A DNA stretch of 64,000 bases from a virus: IMG/VR virus record IMGVR_UViG_3300009103_000004, positions 32,001-96,000 of that record; one strand, 5' to 3'. Every line of letters starts with the position of its first letter. The first letter of the stretch is position 1. The notes beneath the pieces are model-generated. The model ran no database searches, was not told the origin of the DNA, and was given only the letters and a program-made list of their open reading frames with translations. The translations under genes and the position numbers were made by a program. Shown piece after piece: positions 15,293 through 23,940 of this stretch.

Positions 15293-16363
15293 CTACCACT
15301 GTGCCGTCTTACAACCTGTCTCTGTAGTAACTTCGGGCCTATAGTCTACAACGCATTTTAATGGATACCCTGTTAAAGGGCAGTAACACACATCATCCAT
15401 ATCTGCGTAAATCTCACCCTTACCTCGCTTGGTCTCATCTGATGTGATCTTATAACTATATATATCATTCTTTACATTCAACTCCCCGGATTCGCTGTGA
15501 ACGTCACCTAGGAACTTTGTGATTGAAGAATTAAAAACACACACTGACCACAAGGATGAAGTTCTACGTATCAGAGTAGATTGTAAAGCAGTGTGCATGT
15601 TCTCACTACTCATTGTAAGTGGAAGCCACATTTGATTGTTAAATGAATCATCTATGTCTTCCGGAAGGTCTGCCTTAATATATAGTAAATCTTTAAAGGC
15701 ACTAGTGGGGTTAGAACCCTGACCGAACCTGGCGGATAATATCTGATCCTTGAGCCTAAAGATAAAGTGACTGTCGCTGCGTGGAGTTGATGGCCTATCA
15801 TCAAAGTTGTACTGCACTGGATAGATTTCACGCGATACATCGGTGTTAGTAAAATCGCTAGTATTTTCAAAATTGATAACCATGTAGCTACCAGGGCCAT
15901 GTCGAAGATAAGCCCTGTTAACAGTATTAGGACCATCAATGTTTCTAAGTTCGAAAAAACTAAGATTAAATTGATTGCCCAAGACTTCCCTAGCAACCGT
16001 GTCCCTGAATACTAGCGGCCTTGCGGCAAACCTATTACCTGAATTTCCAGAATTTATGTAATCTATAAAGGGATCCACATTATTCCGTTGGTCACTTGCG
16101 AATCGCGAATCTAACCCAACTCGTTTCCAGCTATTGAACCAGCTGGTAAGTTGGTGGCTATAATCATCTATAACTAAATCGAGCCAGTCATAGACATTAA
16201 ACAATGGTTGTAACTTTCTCTTCTTGTTAAATTTTCCATTATCTACCAACTCAGCTTTAAGGTAGGGGGGCCCCATAGATTTGAACTTCCGCCAAATCTT
16301 GTTACCCATGCCCATACCCTGCTGCAGCATACCAGCTTTACTTTTGTATAATATGTTATCCAT
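15293..16363 (-). CDS. hypothetical protein
   Basis: 356-aa ORF in operon; no family recognised. Confidence 0.65.
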   Translation of the reverse strand: MDNILYKSKAGMLQQGMGMGNKIWRKFKSMGPPYLKAELVDNGKFNKKRKLQPLFNVYDWLDLVIDDYSHQLTSWFNSWKRVGLDSRFASDQRNNVDPFIDYINSGNSGNRFAARPLVFRDTVAREVLGNQFNLSFFELRNIDGPNTVNRAYLRHGPGSYMVINFENTSDFTNTDVSREIYPVQYNFDDRPSTPRSDSHFIFRLKDQILSARFGQGSNPTSAFKDLLYIKADLPEDIDDSFNNQMWLPLTMSSENMHTALQSTLIRRTSSLWSVCVFNSSITKFLGDVHSESGELNVKNDIYSYKITSDETKRGKGEIYADMDDVCYCPLTGYPLKCVVDYRPEVTTETGCKTAQW

Positions 16364-17168
16364 TATTCTTTTTTATTTGTTTCTTGAAATGATCTATCGC
16401 GTTTCCGCGAAATACAAATGTTCCTCTATGGTGTAGCGGGCACATAAGATCAGCCCACACCTCCCCGCCAGCTTCAATCCAACGCTGACAAAATGCATAA
16501 TCCTCAGAAAGATAACGCTTAGATTCAGGGTGTAGCCAAGTGTCAAAGAAAGCCCACATGTTTTCTGCCAAAGGAGTGCCAGCAAAAGATTTAATATCAT
16601 TACGATACTGTAACTCAGGATGCTTCTCCATTAACACAGTAAAGGCTTGTTTCTTTACTAGCATAAATCCCGTACCTATGTTTGCAACTCGAGCAAATCC
16701 GTCTTTTATCTTACCTACAGATTCCCGGTCAACTTCGGTACTATGAACATTGATTACATACCGTGCAGAGCTATGTATAAGTTCGTCGTTAGACAGGTCC
16801 GGGTTTTGCTTTATAGAATCCTTTACTGCATCCCAGTTAACCGTCTTCATAGGGTACACACCGCCAACAACATCCTTGTCAGCAGATAATAACCGATAAA
16901 TGGATTTTGGGTTAAACGTAATGTCTGCGTCTATGAACATAAGATGCGTTGCATCTTTGTCTGCTAAAAATGTAGCTAGTAAACAAGCACGGGCACGTGT
17001 GACCAAACTGTCGTTTGATATTGTTTGAATACTGTATTTTATACCAGTGTCGGATAACTCACTTATTAAGTTACACATACTGCGCATATACTCCACGCTA
17101 ACCATACCGCCGTAACACGGCGTAGCTAGATGTAGGTTAACGCCATCGAAATCATATGATTCGGACAT
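16356..17168 (-). CDS. GT-A fold glycosyltransferase-like protein (common phage type)
   Basis: LATPCYGG, NDSLVTRAR, HLMFIDADITF, GTGFMLVK, YLSEDYAFCQRW. Confidence 0.8.
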   Translation of the reverse strand: MSESYDFDGVNLHLATPCYGGMVSVEYMRSMCNLISELSDTGIKYSIQTISNDSLVTRARACLLATFLADKDATHLMFIDADITFNPKSIYRLLSADKDVVGGVYPMKTVNWDAVKDSIKQNPDLSNDELIHSSARYVINVHSTEVDRESVGKIKDGFARVANIGTGFMLVKKQAFTVLMEKHPELQYRNDIKSFAGTPLAENMWAFFDTWLHPESKRYLSEDYAFCQRWIEAGGEVWADLMCPLHHRGTFVFRGNAIDHFKKQIKKNNG

Positions 17169-17183
17169 AATAAATATTAATGC

Positions 17184-17651
17184 TTAGGTTATTGTACGGG
17201 TTAAAGAATCTTCCGATATTGCTCGAGATGCCGGAGAGTTTGTATTGCTGCTCAACGAAACGTTGTAGTTGGTAGATCCAGACGATGAAAACAAATCTTC
17301 CCAGTATACATAGTAACGTTGTTTCTTATAGTAATGGTCGAAATGCCCAACATACTGCATGTTTGAATCCGCTGTAGGTTGCATATTAAAAACACTTCGC
17401 AATGCAACATCGGTATTATAAAAGGTGTCGTAAAGACCTTCTAACGAACGTGGAGCAGGAATCGAATAAACCGTAACGTCAACTAAGTCAGATGCAACCG
17501 GGTCATCTGCATCATTAAAAGTCTGTAAAACAATTTGAGGGGCGACAATGTTACCACTAGGCGCTGGGTTTACAACATCTACAATCCTAGCATTGCTGGA
17601 AATAGTCACAACTTGCGGGCTACATTCTAATATAATCGAGTATAGTTTCAT
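17184..17651 (-). CDS. hypothetical protein
   Basis: 155-aa ORF with A/T-rich leader. Confidence 0.6.
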   Translation of the reverse strand: MKLYSIILECSPQVVTISSNARIVDVVNPAPSGNIVAPQIVLQTFNDADDPVASDLVDVTVYSIPAPRSLEGLYDTFYNTDVALRSVFNMQPTADSNMQYVGHFDHYYKKQRYYVYWEDLFSSSGSTNYNVSLSSNTNSPASRAISEDSLTRTIT

Positions 17652-17652
17652 A

Positions 17653-17679
17653 AAATAAAAAACCCTGCCTGGGCAGGGT
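17653..17679 (-). terminator. intrinsic terminator directly upstream of a start codon
   Basis: ACCCTGC-ccag-GCAGGGT + T-tract; a second hairpin ATAAAACGTC-acac-GACGTTTTAT lies at ~17698-17721. Confidence 0.7.
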
Positions 17680-17724
17680 CGTGTTAATAGTTAGATAATA
17701 AAACGTCACACGACGTTTTATTTA

Positions 17725-18351
17725 TTAATTTAAGTTCAAATCATCGAGATCAATATCATCATCAAACTTTAAGCCAAACCTATCCGAATAATCGTGCGGG
17801 GGTGGCTTTTTCTTCTTATAAAATAATTTAGGATTTGCGGGTTGTATCTCACTGTTGCTGACATGTGACAACTTACTAACTGGAACAACACAAAATTTAC
17901 CGTTTGATACAACTATAACATTATGGTCACTGTCTACAGCTGGTACTAAAAGCCTAACCATCTTTCCCCTGTACATAGCTGCGCCACCCTGCAGCATACA
18001 AAGGAAAAAATCAAACTCACCTTGTGGCATACCTGTAGGTGGTTTTAGAACAGGGGAGTCGGAAATACTCTTAAGTATAATGTGCTGTGCCTTGACATCG
18101 CCCGTGGCACGATACACTACTACTCGCTCTTCCTCAACAAGGGCAGAAACATCTAGGAAAAAATCACCAGGGTTTGGAGTTCTTATAGTGCCAGTCATAA
18201 CATAGCCGTCTGGAAGATTAACCAGGTTGTCTAACTCATGAAGTGCCCAGTCACTAAGACAAAGAGAGTTATTACCTCGATCGTTAAGGACCGAGTCAGG
18301 GGATAATCCCAAAAGGCTAGAAAATGCTTCTCGTAATTCGCCTCTATCCAT
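17725..18351 (-). CDS. hypothetical protein
   Basis: 208-aa ORF; GGTTATAAT lies a few nt upstream of the ATG. Confidence 0.6.
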   Translation of the reverse strand: MDRGELREAFSSLLGLSPDSVLNDRGNNSLCLSDWALHELDNLVNLPDGYVMTGTIRTPNPGDFFLDVSALVEEERVVVYRATGDVKAQHIILKSISDSPVLKPPTGMPQGEFDFFLCMLQGGAAMYRGKMVRLLVPAVDSDHNVIVVSNGKFCVVPVSKLSHVSNSEIQPANPKLFYKKKKPPPHDYSDRFGLKFDDDIDLDDLNLN

Positions 18352-18396
18352 AGCAGCTATTATAACCCCTACGACACCTAAATAAAAGGAAAAACA

Positions 18397-18633
18397 CTAA
18401 AGTGGGCGCGACACAATCTTTACTAACTTACACTTATTATACGGCCTAGCACACACTAGTACCTTCATGCCTACCTGTATGTCATACTTCCACGCATCTT
18501 CTCCTGAAATTAAGCGAATATTCTGTGCACCCTTGGTGTCTGAGTATACCGCAACCCAATGTTTGTGCCTAACTAGGTCAACCTCGGCTTCGTATGTCGT
18601 AGTATACTTTTCTGTAAGTTTAGACTTGGCCAT
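18397..18633 (-). CDS. small hypothetical protein
   Basis: ORF in co-oriented run. Confidence 0.55.
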   Translation of the reverse strand: MAKSKLTEKYTTTYEAEVDLVRHKHWVAVYSDTKGAQNIRLISGEDAWKYDIQVGMKVLVCARPYNKCKLVKIVSRPL

Positions 18634-18634
18634 G

Positions 18635-18934
18635 TCACTTCAGTGTTTGTTCTGCAAGATCTGGTATACGATCAAAAGCACAACTAAGACAATGCTCTAA
18701 TAATTTAGGATCTTTCAACACAGTATCTTTCATACCCTCTGTTATAAATGCTGTCAGTGCAAGCAAAACACCATTTGCTATACTCCTTTCGACAATACTC
18801 TCATCTGAAGGTATCGGAGTGCTGACATCGGTTAGAACATCTCCTGTATCGTTGGTCTTGATCGAAATACTTATACCGAGAGAGTCGAAATTTATACGCT
18901 CTTCATCACCAGGCTTTAATAAACTGTAAGGCAT
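18635..18934 (-). CDS. hypothetical protein
   Basis: ORF in co-oriented run. Confidence 0.55.
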   Translation of the reverse strand: MPYSLLKPGDEERINFDSLGISISIKTNDTGDVLTDVSTPIPSDESIVERSIANGVLLALTAFITEGMKDTVLKDPKLLEHCLSCAFDRIPDLAEQTLK

Positions 18935-18944
18935 AGTAGGTATG

Positions 18945-19451
18945 TTATTTGACTATTTTCCTAAAACGGTCAAGTAACAAGTTACCATACATATCAGCAT
19001 TTTTCTCAGTGTCTTCTGCATCTATCTGTTCTTCAGCGACTAAGTAATGATGAAGTTCATGACCAAATAAAAAAACCAAAGCTTCGCCGGGAGTGTTGAC
19101 CATCAGGGAACTCTCGAGTTTTACAGACACGGTTTGCTCCTTAAGGCAAACATTCCTAGACGTTATAACCTGGCCACTAGGAATTGACTTTTTTAAACCA
19201 GGGAGCGGGAGTACAAGCGGGGGTTCTTTTGTGGCGACCCTAAACGGGTACGGGCCTGGTATGTGAAGGACCATCTCATACGGACGATTTGCACCGTCTA
19301 TATGGTCCAGCCAGCCGTATACACCAAACCCGTACTTACCCCGCTTAACCTTAACATGAGACATGGAGTCACAGTCAAACTTGTATAACCAGACCTTGCA
19401 AAAATCCAATGCAGACTCGTCACATAGCTTGGTACTGATTCTCCAGTTCAT
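18945..19451 (-). CDS. putative HExxH zinc metallopeptidase-like protein
   Basis: LVFLFGHELHHY followed by EKNADMYG (third-ligand Glu). Confidence 0.6.
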   Translation of the reverse strand: MNWRISTKLCDESALDFCKVWLYKFDCDSMSHVKVKRGKYGFGVYGWLDHIDGANRPYEMVLHIPGPYPFRVATKEPPLVLPLPGLKKSIPSGQVITSRNVCLKEQTVSVKLESSLMVNTPGEALVFLFGHELHHYLVAEEQIDAEDTEKNADMYGNLLLDRFRKIVK

Positions 19452-19945
19452 GCCTCTAATTCAAACTCTCCCTGAATTTCTCTAAACCCACCGCTGGTTA
19501 ACTTAATAGTTAGGTCAGCTAAGTTAGCCTGCTCCCTCGGGTGAAGGCAAGTCTCGGGATACTTTATGTTAATCCTAAGCTTGCCCTGCTTCCACAGTTC
19601 AGCGTTTTGAACTATAGAGTTAAGAATCTGCATAACAAGTACGAACACGCACTTAACACCAGAACCTTCAGACCGGAAATCCTCCAGTGTCTTTGGTAAG
19701 TTTATAGCATCATCTTTAAACACAGTGTTGAAGCACGCCCGGAAAATACCAGAACCATTCGCAACTCTAATATCTTGCTCGTTTATACCGTCAGCTATCT
19801 GCAGAGATCTGGTAGTATCTATGACTACAGCATTCGGGACGTGAAGCGTAAAGCTATACCCGTAAAACAAAGTTATGGGTGCTAACTCTACCTCCTCCTC
19901 CTGCCCGTCTATTATAACAATCTCCTTCTCATTCTTATCAGACAT
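19448..19945 (-). CDS. miniature degenerate ABC-type (AAA_15/AAA_21-like) ATPase homolog
   Basis: VELAPITLFYG (pre-P-loop, no GKS), SEGSGVKCV (signature-like), INIKYPETCLHPREQ (Walker B/D-loop like EEPExHLHP..Q). Confidence 0.45.
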   Translation of the reverse strand: MSDKNEKEIVIIDGQEEEVELAPITLFYGYSFTLHVPNAVVIDTTRSLQIADGINEQDIRVANGSGIFRACFNTVFKDDAINLPKTLEDFRSEGSGVKCVFVLVMQILNSIVQNAELWKQGKLRINIKYPETCLHPREQANLADLTIKLTSGGFREIQGEFELEA

Positions 19946-19957
19946 ATATGTTCCTTT

Positions 19958-20329
19958 CTATATAGGTTTTATAGGTTCCCAGTCACGTATACCGCACTGA
20001 GATCGTAGTTTATCAGAAAATAATAAAAGCTGTCTTAGCCACTCAGTTATAGCAACTACATCCTTAGACTCATCAGTCATACCTGCAAGCAGACATGATA
20101 AACGTAAAATAATCAATACCCTGAACTTAACCTCATCCTTTACACCAACATCAAACGGGTAGAGCTCCTTACGTAGCTCATCTGTAAGATGTATACTAGA
20201 TCCAGCATCAAGGAAGTTGGCATCAAATACAGGAGGGCGAACCCACTTGGGGGTTAGCTTTCCTCGTCCTGCAATGTACTTTTCAGACTTCTGTTTATAC
20301 TTTTCCTTATCTTTTTTTTCAATCTTCAT
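19958..20329 (-). CDS. hypothetical protein
   Basis: 123-aa ORF. Confidence 0.55.
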   Translation of the reverse strand: MKIEKKDKEKYKQKSEKYIAGRGKLTPKWVRPPVFDANFLDAGSSIHLTDELRKELYPFDVGVKDEVKFRVLIILRLSCLLAGMTDESKDVVAITEWLRQLLLFSDKLRSQCGIRDWEPIKPI

Positions 20330-20375
20330 AATAAAGTTCTTGTAACCGAAAACTAAACTGCGTATTTATGCAACC

Positions 20376-20609
20376 ATGAATAAAGAAGAATTAGTAGTAG
20401 CGTATGACGAGTGTCAGGAACTTACTTCAGACTACCAGAATATGGTTGTAGACTATTGCAACAGGTTAGAACTTGCAAAACGCGCAAAGACGGATGAGGA
20501 GTTTACTATGGACATGCAGACGATGGAGTTCATGGAGAACAAACTGCAGGAAGCAGCAACTACGCTGGAAGACAAGATCCAGCGTCTAGAAATCTGCGTT
20601 GGGATGTAA
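20376..20609 (+). CDS. small acidic helical protein
   Basis: Only plus-strand gene locally; fills the gap between minus-strand genes. Confidence 0.6.
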   Translation: MNKEELVVAYDECQELTSDYQNMVVDYCNRLELAKRAKTDEEFTMDMQTMEFMENKLQEAATTLEDKIQRLEICVGM

Positions 20610-20610
20610 G

Positions 20611-20838
20611 CTAGTATACTTCTTCGTCCAGGAACTTGGTAAGCCTTACTTTAAGCTTACCGAGATCTCCTAGAGTCATATCTAACTCATCAGATAGCTC
20701 TATCGGCCAGTTAACTATAGAGCGCTCGGCAATTTGAACTATGAGTAATGTGTCCTCATAATCAAATTCTGAGTTTAGCCCATGGTGTTTTCTAACCGGG
20801 TGATTCGACTGTTGGTTTTTGTTCATTGTTGTCGCCAA
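20611..20838 (-). CDS. small hypothetical protein
   Basis: ORF convergent with 20376..20609; exact start uncertain. Confidence 0.5.
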   Translation of the reverse strand: MATTMNKNQQSNHPVRKHHGLNSEFDYEDTLLIVQIAERSIVNWPIELSDELDMTLGDLGKLKVRLTKFLDEEVY

Positions 20839-21049
20839 AATGCTTCCTTAGCGTGTCGAGCTTTGCTTCTGTAGCTGATAACTCATCTAGCTTAGACATT
20901 ACTTTAGAACTGCATGTGTTTCGCTCAGCCATGAGCTGTAGGTCTGCTAATATAATTTCTTTCTCACCAACTAATTTGTTGTGGTACCCAGCAACTGCCC
21001 TAAAGAAAGGACTTGGTGCTTCGTGACTATCTTCTTTTGATTCTGACAT
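20792..21049 (-). CDS. small coiled-coil hypothetical protein
   Basis: Probable start MSESKED at 21049 after an A-rich leader. Confidence 0.55.
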   Translation of the reverse strand: MSESKEDSHEAPSPFFRAVAGYHNKLVGEKEIILADLQLMAERNTCSSKVMSKLDELSATEAKLDTLRKHFGDNNEQKPTVESPG

Positions 21050-21095
21050 AACTTGTGGTTGTAAGTTGTTTATTAAATAATAGTTGTCAAGCGTG

Positions 21096-21467
21096 TTATT
21101 CTGGAAACAGTTCAAACTCAGCTTGATGCACTCTAACATTGTGAGATTCGCCAGCACTAACTACATGAGATATGCGAACTTCTTTAGTATCGTAATCATA
21201 CGTTATAGATATGGGAACAACGGCGCTAGTACCGGGATTGTTTAAAAGCCCAGAGCTGTCACCCCTAGGCATGACCTGCACGAAAAAGACATCGCGTGCA
21301 GACTTTACTGAACCGTTAGGATCCATCTCGCCCTCATGTATGTGCCTACCAATAACTGTTACACGAACGTGATGGGATTGGGCTTCAGAAGTTATCCCCG
21401 TAGTTTTATGACCGCACCTAGTTGCAGAACCTCTACCACCTAATACTTTACTGTAAAAATGACTCAT
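21096..21467 (-). CDS. hypothetical protein
   Basis: Probable start MSHFYSK at 21467; the upstream extension runs through a terminator. Confidence 0.6.
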   Translation of the reverse strand: MSHFYSKVLGGRGSATRCGHKTTGITSEAQSHHVRVTVIGRHIHEGEMDPNGSVKSARDVFFVQVMPRGDSSGLLNNPGTSAVVPISITYDYDTKEVRISHVVSAGESHNVRVHQAEFELFPE

Positions 21468-21475
21468 AGTTTTAT

Positions 21476-21504
21476 AAAAAAAACGCTCCCCACTATGGGG
21501 AGCG
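21476..21504 (-). terminator. intrinsic terminator
   Basis: CGCTCCCCA-tag-TGGGGAGCG + T8. Confidence 0.8.
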
Positions 21505-21569
21505 CTCAACACCACCGAACAGAAACAGCCGGGCGTTATGGCCCGATGTTTTTGTTTAGTAAATTTTAA

Positions 21570-21914
21570 TTAAAAAGAAGTCCTGGTAACATTGCCAGAA
21601 CGAAATTTTTTGTATTCTTCTTCTGTCATATCCACTATACCTTCTGGTGTGGATACCACATACGTCTTACCTCCGGACTTATACTTTATACGAACAAGAT
21701 TTTCATCGCGCTCATACTTGCCAAAAACTTTCTCGTAGTTATCTAAAAATAACTTACTGACAGGCTTGTCTACATCGCCCTTGCCCTGACCGCTCCACCT
21801 AGAAGGGTCGTCAACACTATGGCCTGGATGTGTGGGCTCTATGCCTGCCGCCCTATCGAGCTTCTCATCCTTTAGCCAGTTACCAAGTGAAGTTACCTTT
21901 TCTTCTTCGCTCAT
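21570..21914 (-). CDS. hypothetical protein
   Basis: 114-aa ORF with GKGD..PVS..F..NY..IFG-like segment; ATGA overlap with upstream gene. Confidence 0.6.
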   Translation of the reverse strand: MSEEEKVTSLGNWLKDEKLDRAAGIEPTHPGHSVDDPSRWSGQGKGDVDKPVSKLFLDNYEKVFGKYERDENLVRIKYKSGGKTYVVSTPEGIVDMTEEEYKKFRSGNVTRTSF

Positions 21915-22105
21915 AATACTTTTTCAAAAACATTGTCACTTAAAACCCAGTAGCATCCCTTTGGTACGCCAACCCCCTTGGGCCTAAAGAACGTCCCCAT
22001 AATGTCTTCCTTTACCTCAAGTACTTCAAACTCATCACCCACTTCGAGGATGTGATGGTTTATTCGCATCGGCTTTACCACTCTTACTTTCTTTGCATCT
22101 TTCAT
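21911..22105 (-). CDS. small beta-rich hypothetical protein
   Basis: 64-aa ORF; ATGA coupling. Confidence 0.55.
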   Translation of the reverse strand: MKDAKKVRVVKPMRINHHILEVGDEFEVLEVKEDIMGTFFRPKGVGVPKGCYWVLSDNVFEKVL

Positions 22106-22194
22106 TTTCTTTTAAAGGTATATCGCATGACTGTCTAACACAACCCATGAATATCTCAGAAGATTCATTCCAAGATTTTGGCTTAACTAATAGA

Positions 22195-22425
22195 TCAGTC
22201 CTCTTTCTCCAATATTTTCTTATTTTTTTCAACATCATTATCTAACGCAGCAAGACTCTCTTCGAGCATACTGGTAAGTCCTATTTTAAAATAATCATTT
22301 CTAGTAATTTCTTCTTCCCCAATTTTTACAATCATATCGTATGTTTCGTCCTCCATCTCCAAATCTACAGCACAAGACTCAACATCCCTAACCTCTAATA
22401 CTTTTATAACCGGCAAATCTAACAT
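22195..22425 (-). CDS. small acidic hypothetical protein
   Basis: Probable start MLDLPV at 22425; the listed longer start lies inside the structured RNA element. Confidence 0.55.
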   Translation of the reverse strand: MLDLPVIKVLEVRDVESCAVDLEMEDETYDMIVKIGEEEITRNDYFKIGLTSMLEESLAALDNDVEKNKKILEKED

Positions 22426-22462
22426 AAAATTAAATAGTAACACTGTTGCGTTACAGATAAAG

Positions 22463-22708
22463 AAAAAAAAGGTCGGACCACCTCGCCCTGAAACCAAGGC
22501 GAGGCTGCAAAATAAACTCGATAAAGAATTTTAAACTTTAATGCAGGAGGTTTAACTAATGAACATTCAATTTTGAATCTTAATGGCTAGTTACTCCGGG
22601 CCTTCAGCCCTTGTCGGCATCAATAGTTGGATTTCTTTATTCCTTGCATAGGAATGTTATAGCACGTTATTAGCGCGCAGTGAGTTTGTGTTTGCTGGTC
22701 ACGACCTT
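22463..22708 (-). ncRNA. putative ~240-nt highly structured non-coding RNA downstream of the DIP1984-like gene
   Basis: Nested helices AAGGTCG/CGACCTT, ACCA/TGGT, GCAAA/TTTGC, AAACTC/GAGTTT, AAAGAA/TTCTTT, AACT/AGTT, TTGATGC/GCATTAA, GGAG/CTCC, TAACTA/TAGTTA; branch hairpins including CCTCGCCTTG-gttt-CAGGGCGAGG; ends in a T-tract. Confidence 0.7.
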
Positions 22709-22717
22709 AAAGTCTCT

Positions 22718-23239
22718 TCAAACAGAGATGAAGGTTGTCGCGTTAATGCGATCTATTTCATCCTGAAGATCGGCAAGTTCTCGGTTGATGTCCTGCTCTT
22801 GCCTGTCCACATGCTCCTGGTTGAAGTGAGCTGTGTACTTAAGCTCGACAGGATTCTCAGACCTGTAACTTAGCATCTCTTCAAAATGCTTTCCGTCTTT
22901 TGTTTCGAGCCCACGAAAGAAGGATAAAGTATCCTTCATCTCCGAAAGGCGGTAAATCTTTTCCTGGACTCCAGTTTCAGAGTTGGCCCGCTGGATTGCA
23001 GACTTCAAAGAAACGAGCCTTTGCTTTGTTGTGGTGTATTCGTCAAACACCAAAGCACAATCCACGGTGGACGTGCTCTTTTCGCTCTTGGAGTTTTCAC
23101 GCTCCATTATTCCCCTTAAACGGGAAATTTCCTTAACTAGGAGGTTCTTTTCCTTCAAGGCTCTCGCGAGTGACATTTTGCCCTCGCCCACTTTTTCTGC
23201 ATTACTTGTATCAAGTATACCGTCACCAATATCTGTCAT
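22718..23239 (-). CDS. DIP1984-like (septicolysin-annotated) long coiled-coil protein
   Basis: MSLARALKEKNLL..EI..L, LKSAIQRAN, IYRLSEMK..L, C-terminal INRELADLQDEIDRINATTFI pattern. Confidence 0.6.
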   Translation of the reverse strand: MTDIGDGILDTSNAEKVGEGKMSLARALKEKNLLVKEISRLRGIMERENSKSEKSTSTVDCALVFDEYTTTKQRLVSLKSAIQRANSETGVQEKIYRLSEMKDTLSFFRGLETKDGKHFEEMLSYRSENPVELKYTAHFNQEHVDRQEQDINRELADLQDEIDRINATTFISV

Positions 23240-23256
23240 GATTTATTTTAGTTTTG

Positions 23257-23293
23257 AGTTTTATATAAAAAAAGCTCTCTAGGAAAGAGAGCT
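23257..23293 (-). terminator. terminator-like hairpin in the leader of the DIP1984-like gene
   Basis: AGCTCTCT-ttcct-AGAGAGCT + T-tract, lying between the promoter-like motif and the start codon. Confidence 0.7.
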
Positions 23294-23304
23294 AGCTAAT
23301 AAGC

Positions 23305-23321
23305 GTTCATGTATATATAAC
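23305..23321 (-). promoter_or_regulatory. promoter-like motif GTTATATATACATGAAC
   Basis: 17-bp exact match to 59594-59610. Confidence 0.6.
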
Positions 23322-23331
23322 GCAATTATGG

Positions 23332-23370
23332 ACAAGGTTGCACTTTACCCGAAAGCTGGGGCAACCTTGT
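23332..23370. other. hairpin at the 3' end of the glycan operon
   Basis: 10-bp perfect inverted repeat ACAAGGTTGC/GCAACCTTGT; no U-tract. Confidence 0.6.
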
Positions 23371-23939
23371 TATAGATTAAATACCATAACAGAATCTCTA
23401 AACCAACTACAATTTGTGCTAGATTTTTGTAGAGTTTCAGATAATTCATTGTCGTGGGTTAGGCCATACTCGTCCATAACGTCTATAACGTAATCTTGAT
23501 TTTGTTCATTAACATGACCACATCCTCTTTGCCCAATTTTAGCCCAACTAATTATTAGTAAATTGCTGCAATGCCTTAATAAGTTTTCAATATATATTTT
23601 TTCATATTCTTTAGGAATGTGTTCAGCAACTTCTAATGAACAGACCACATCGTACTTTTTATTAAGATCAAATGTTTTAGATAAATCTAAAACCTTACCA
23701 AATCCATCAGTCACTAATTCAACTTCTGGATTGCCGTCGTATGCTTCAACTGCAATTAATGGATTATTCTCTTTTATGTACTTTGCATACTTTGCATCAC
23801 CACATCCAAAGTCTACATATGTATTATAGTTAGAAACTATAGTATTAAGAGTTTTTGAGAAAGATTCATCGTAATGATGATTAATACACGCTCCTTCCCA
23901 GAATCCTCTAGAATTTATTTTTTGTCTATATCGTTTCAC
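23370..23939 (-). CDS. class I SAM-dependent methyltransferase
   Basis: YVDFGCGDA, CSLEVAEHIP, GHVNEQ. Confidence 0.85.
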   Translation of the reverse strand: MKRYRQKINSRGFWEGACINHHYDESFSKTLNTIVSNYNTYVDFGCGDAKYAKYIKENNPLIAVEAYDGNPEVELVTDGFGKVLDLSKTFDLNKKYDVVCSLEVAEHIPKEYEKIYIENLLRHCSNLLIISWAKIGQRGCGHVNEQNQDYVIDVMDEYGLTHDNELSETLQKSSTNCSWFRDSVMVFNL

Positions 23940-23940
23940 T

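Noticed and set aside
22426-22497. N-terminal extension of ORF 22195..22497
   Set aside because: It translates the 3' stem and U-tract of the structured element (FFFF); ATG 22425 is the more plausible start.
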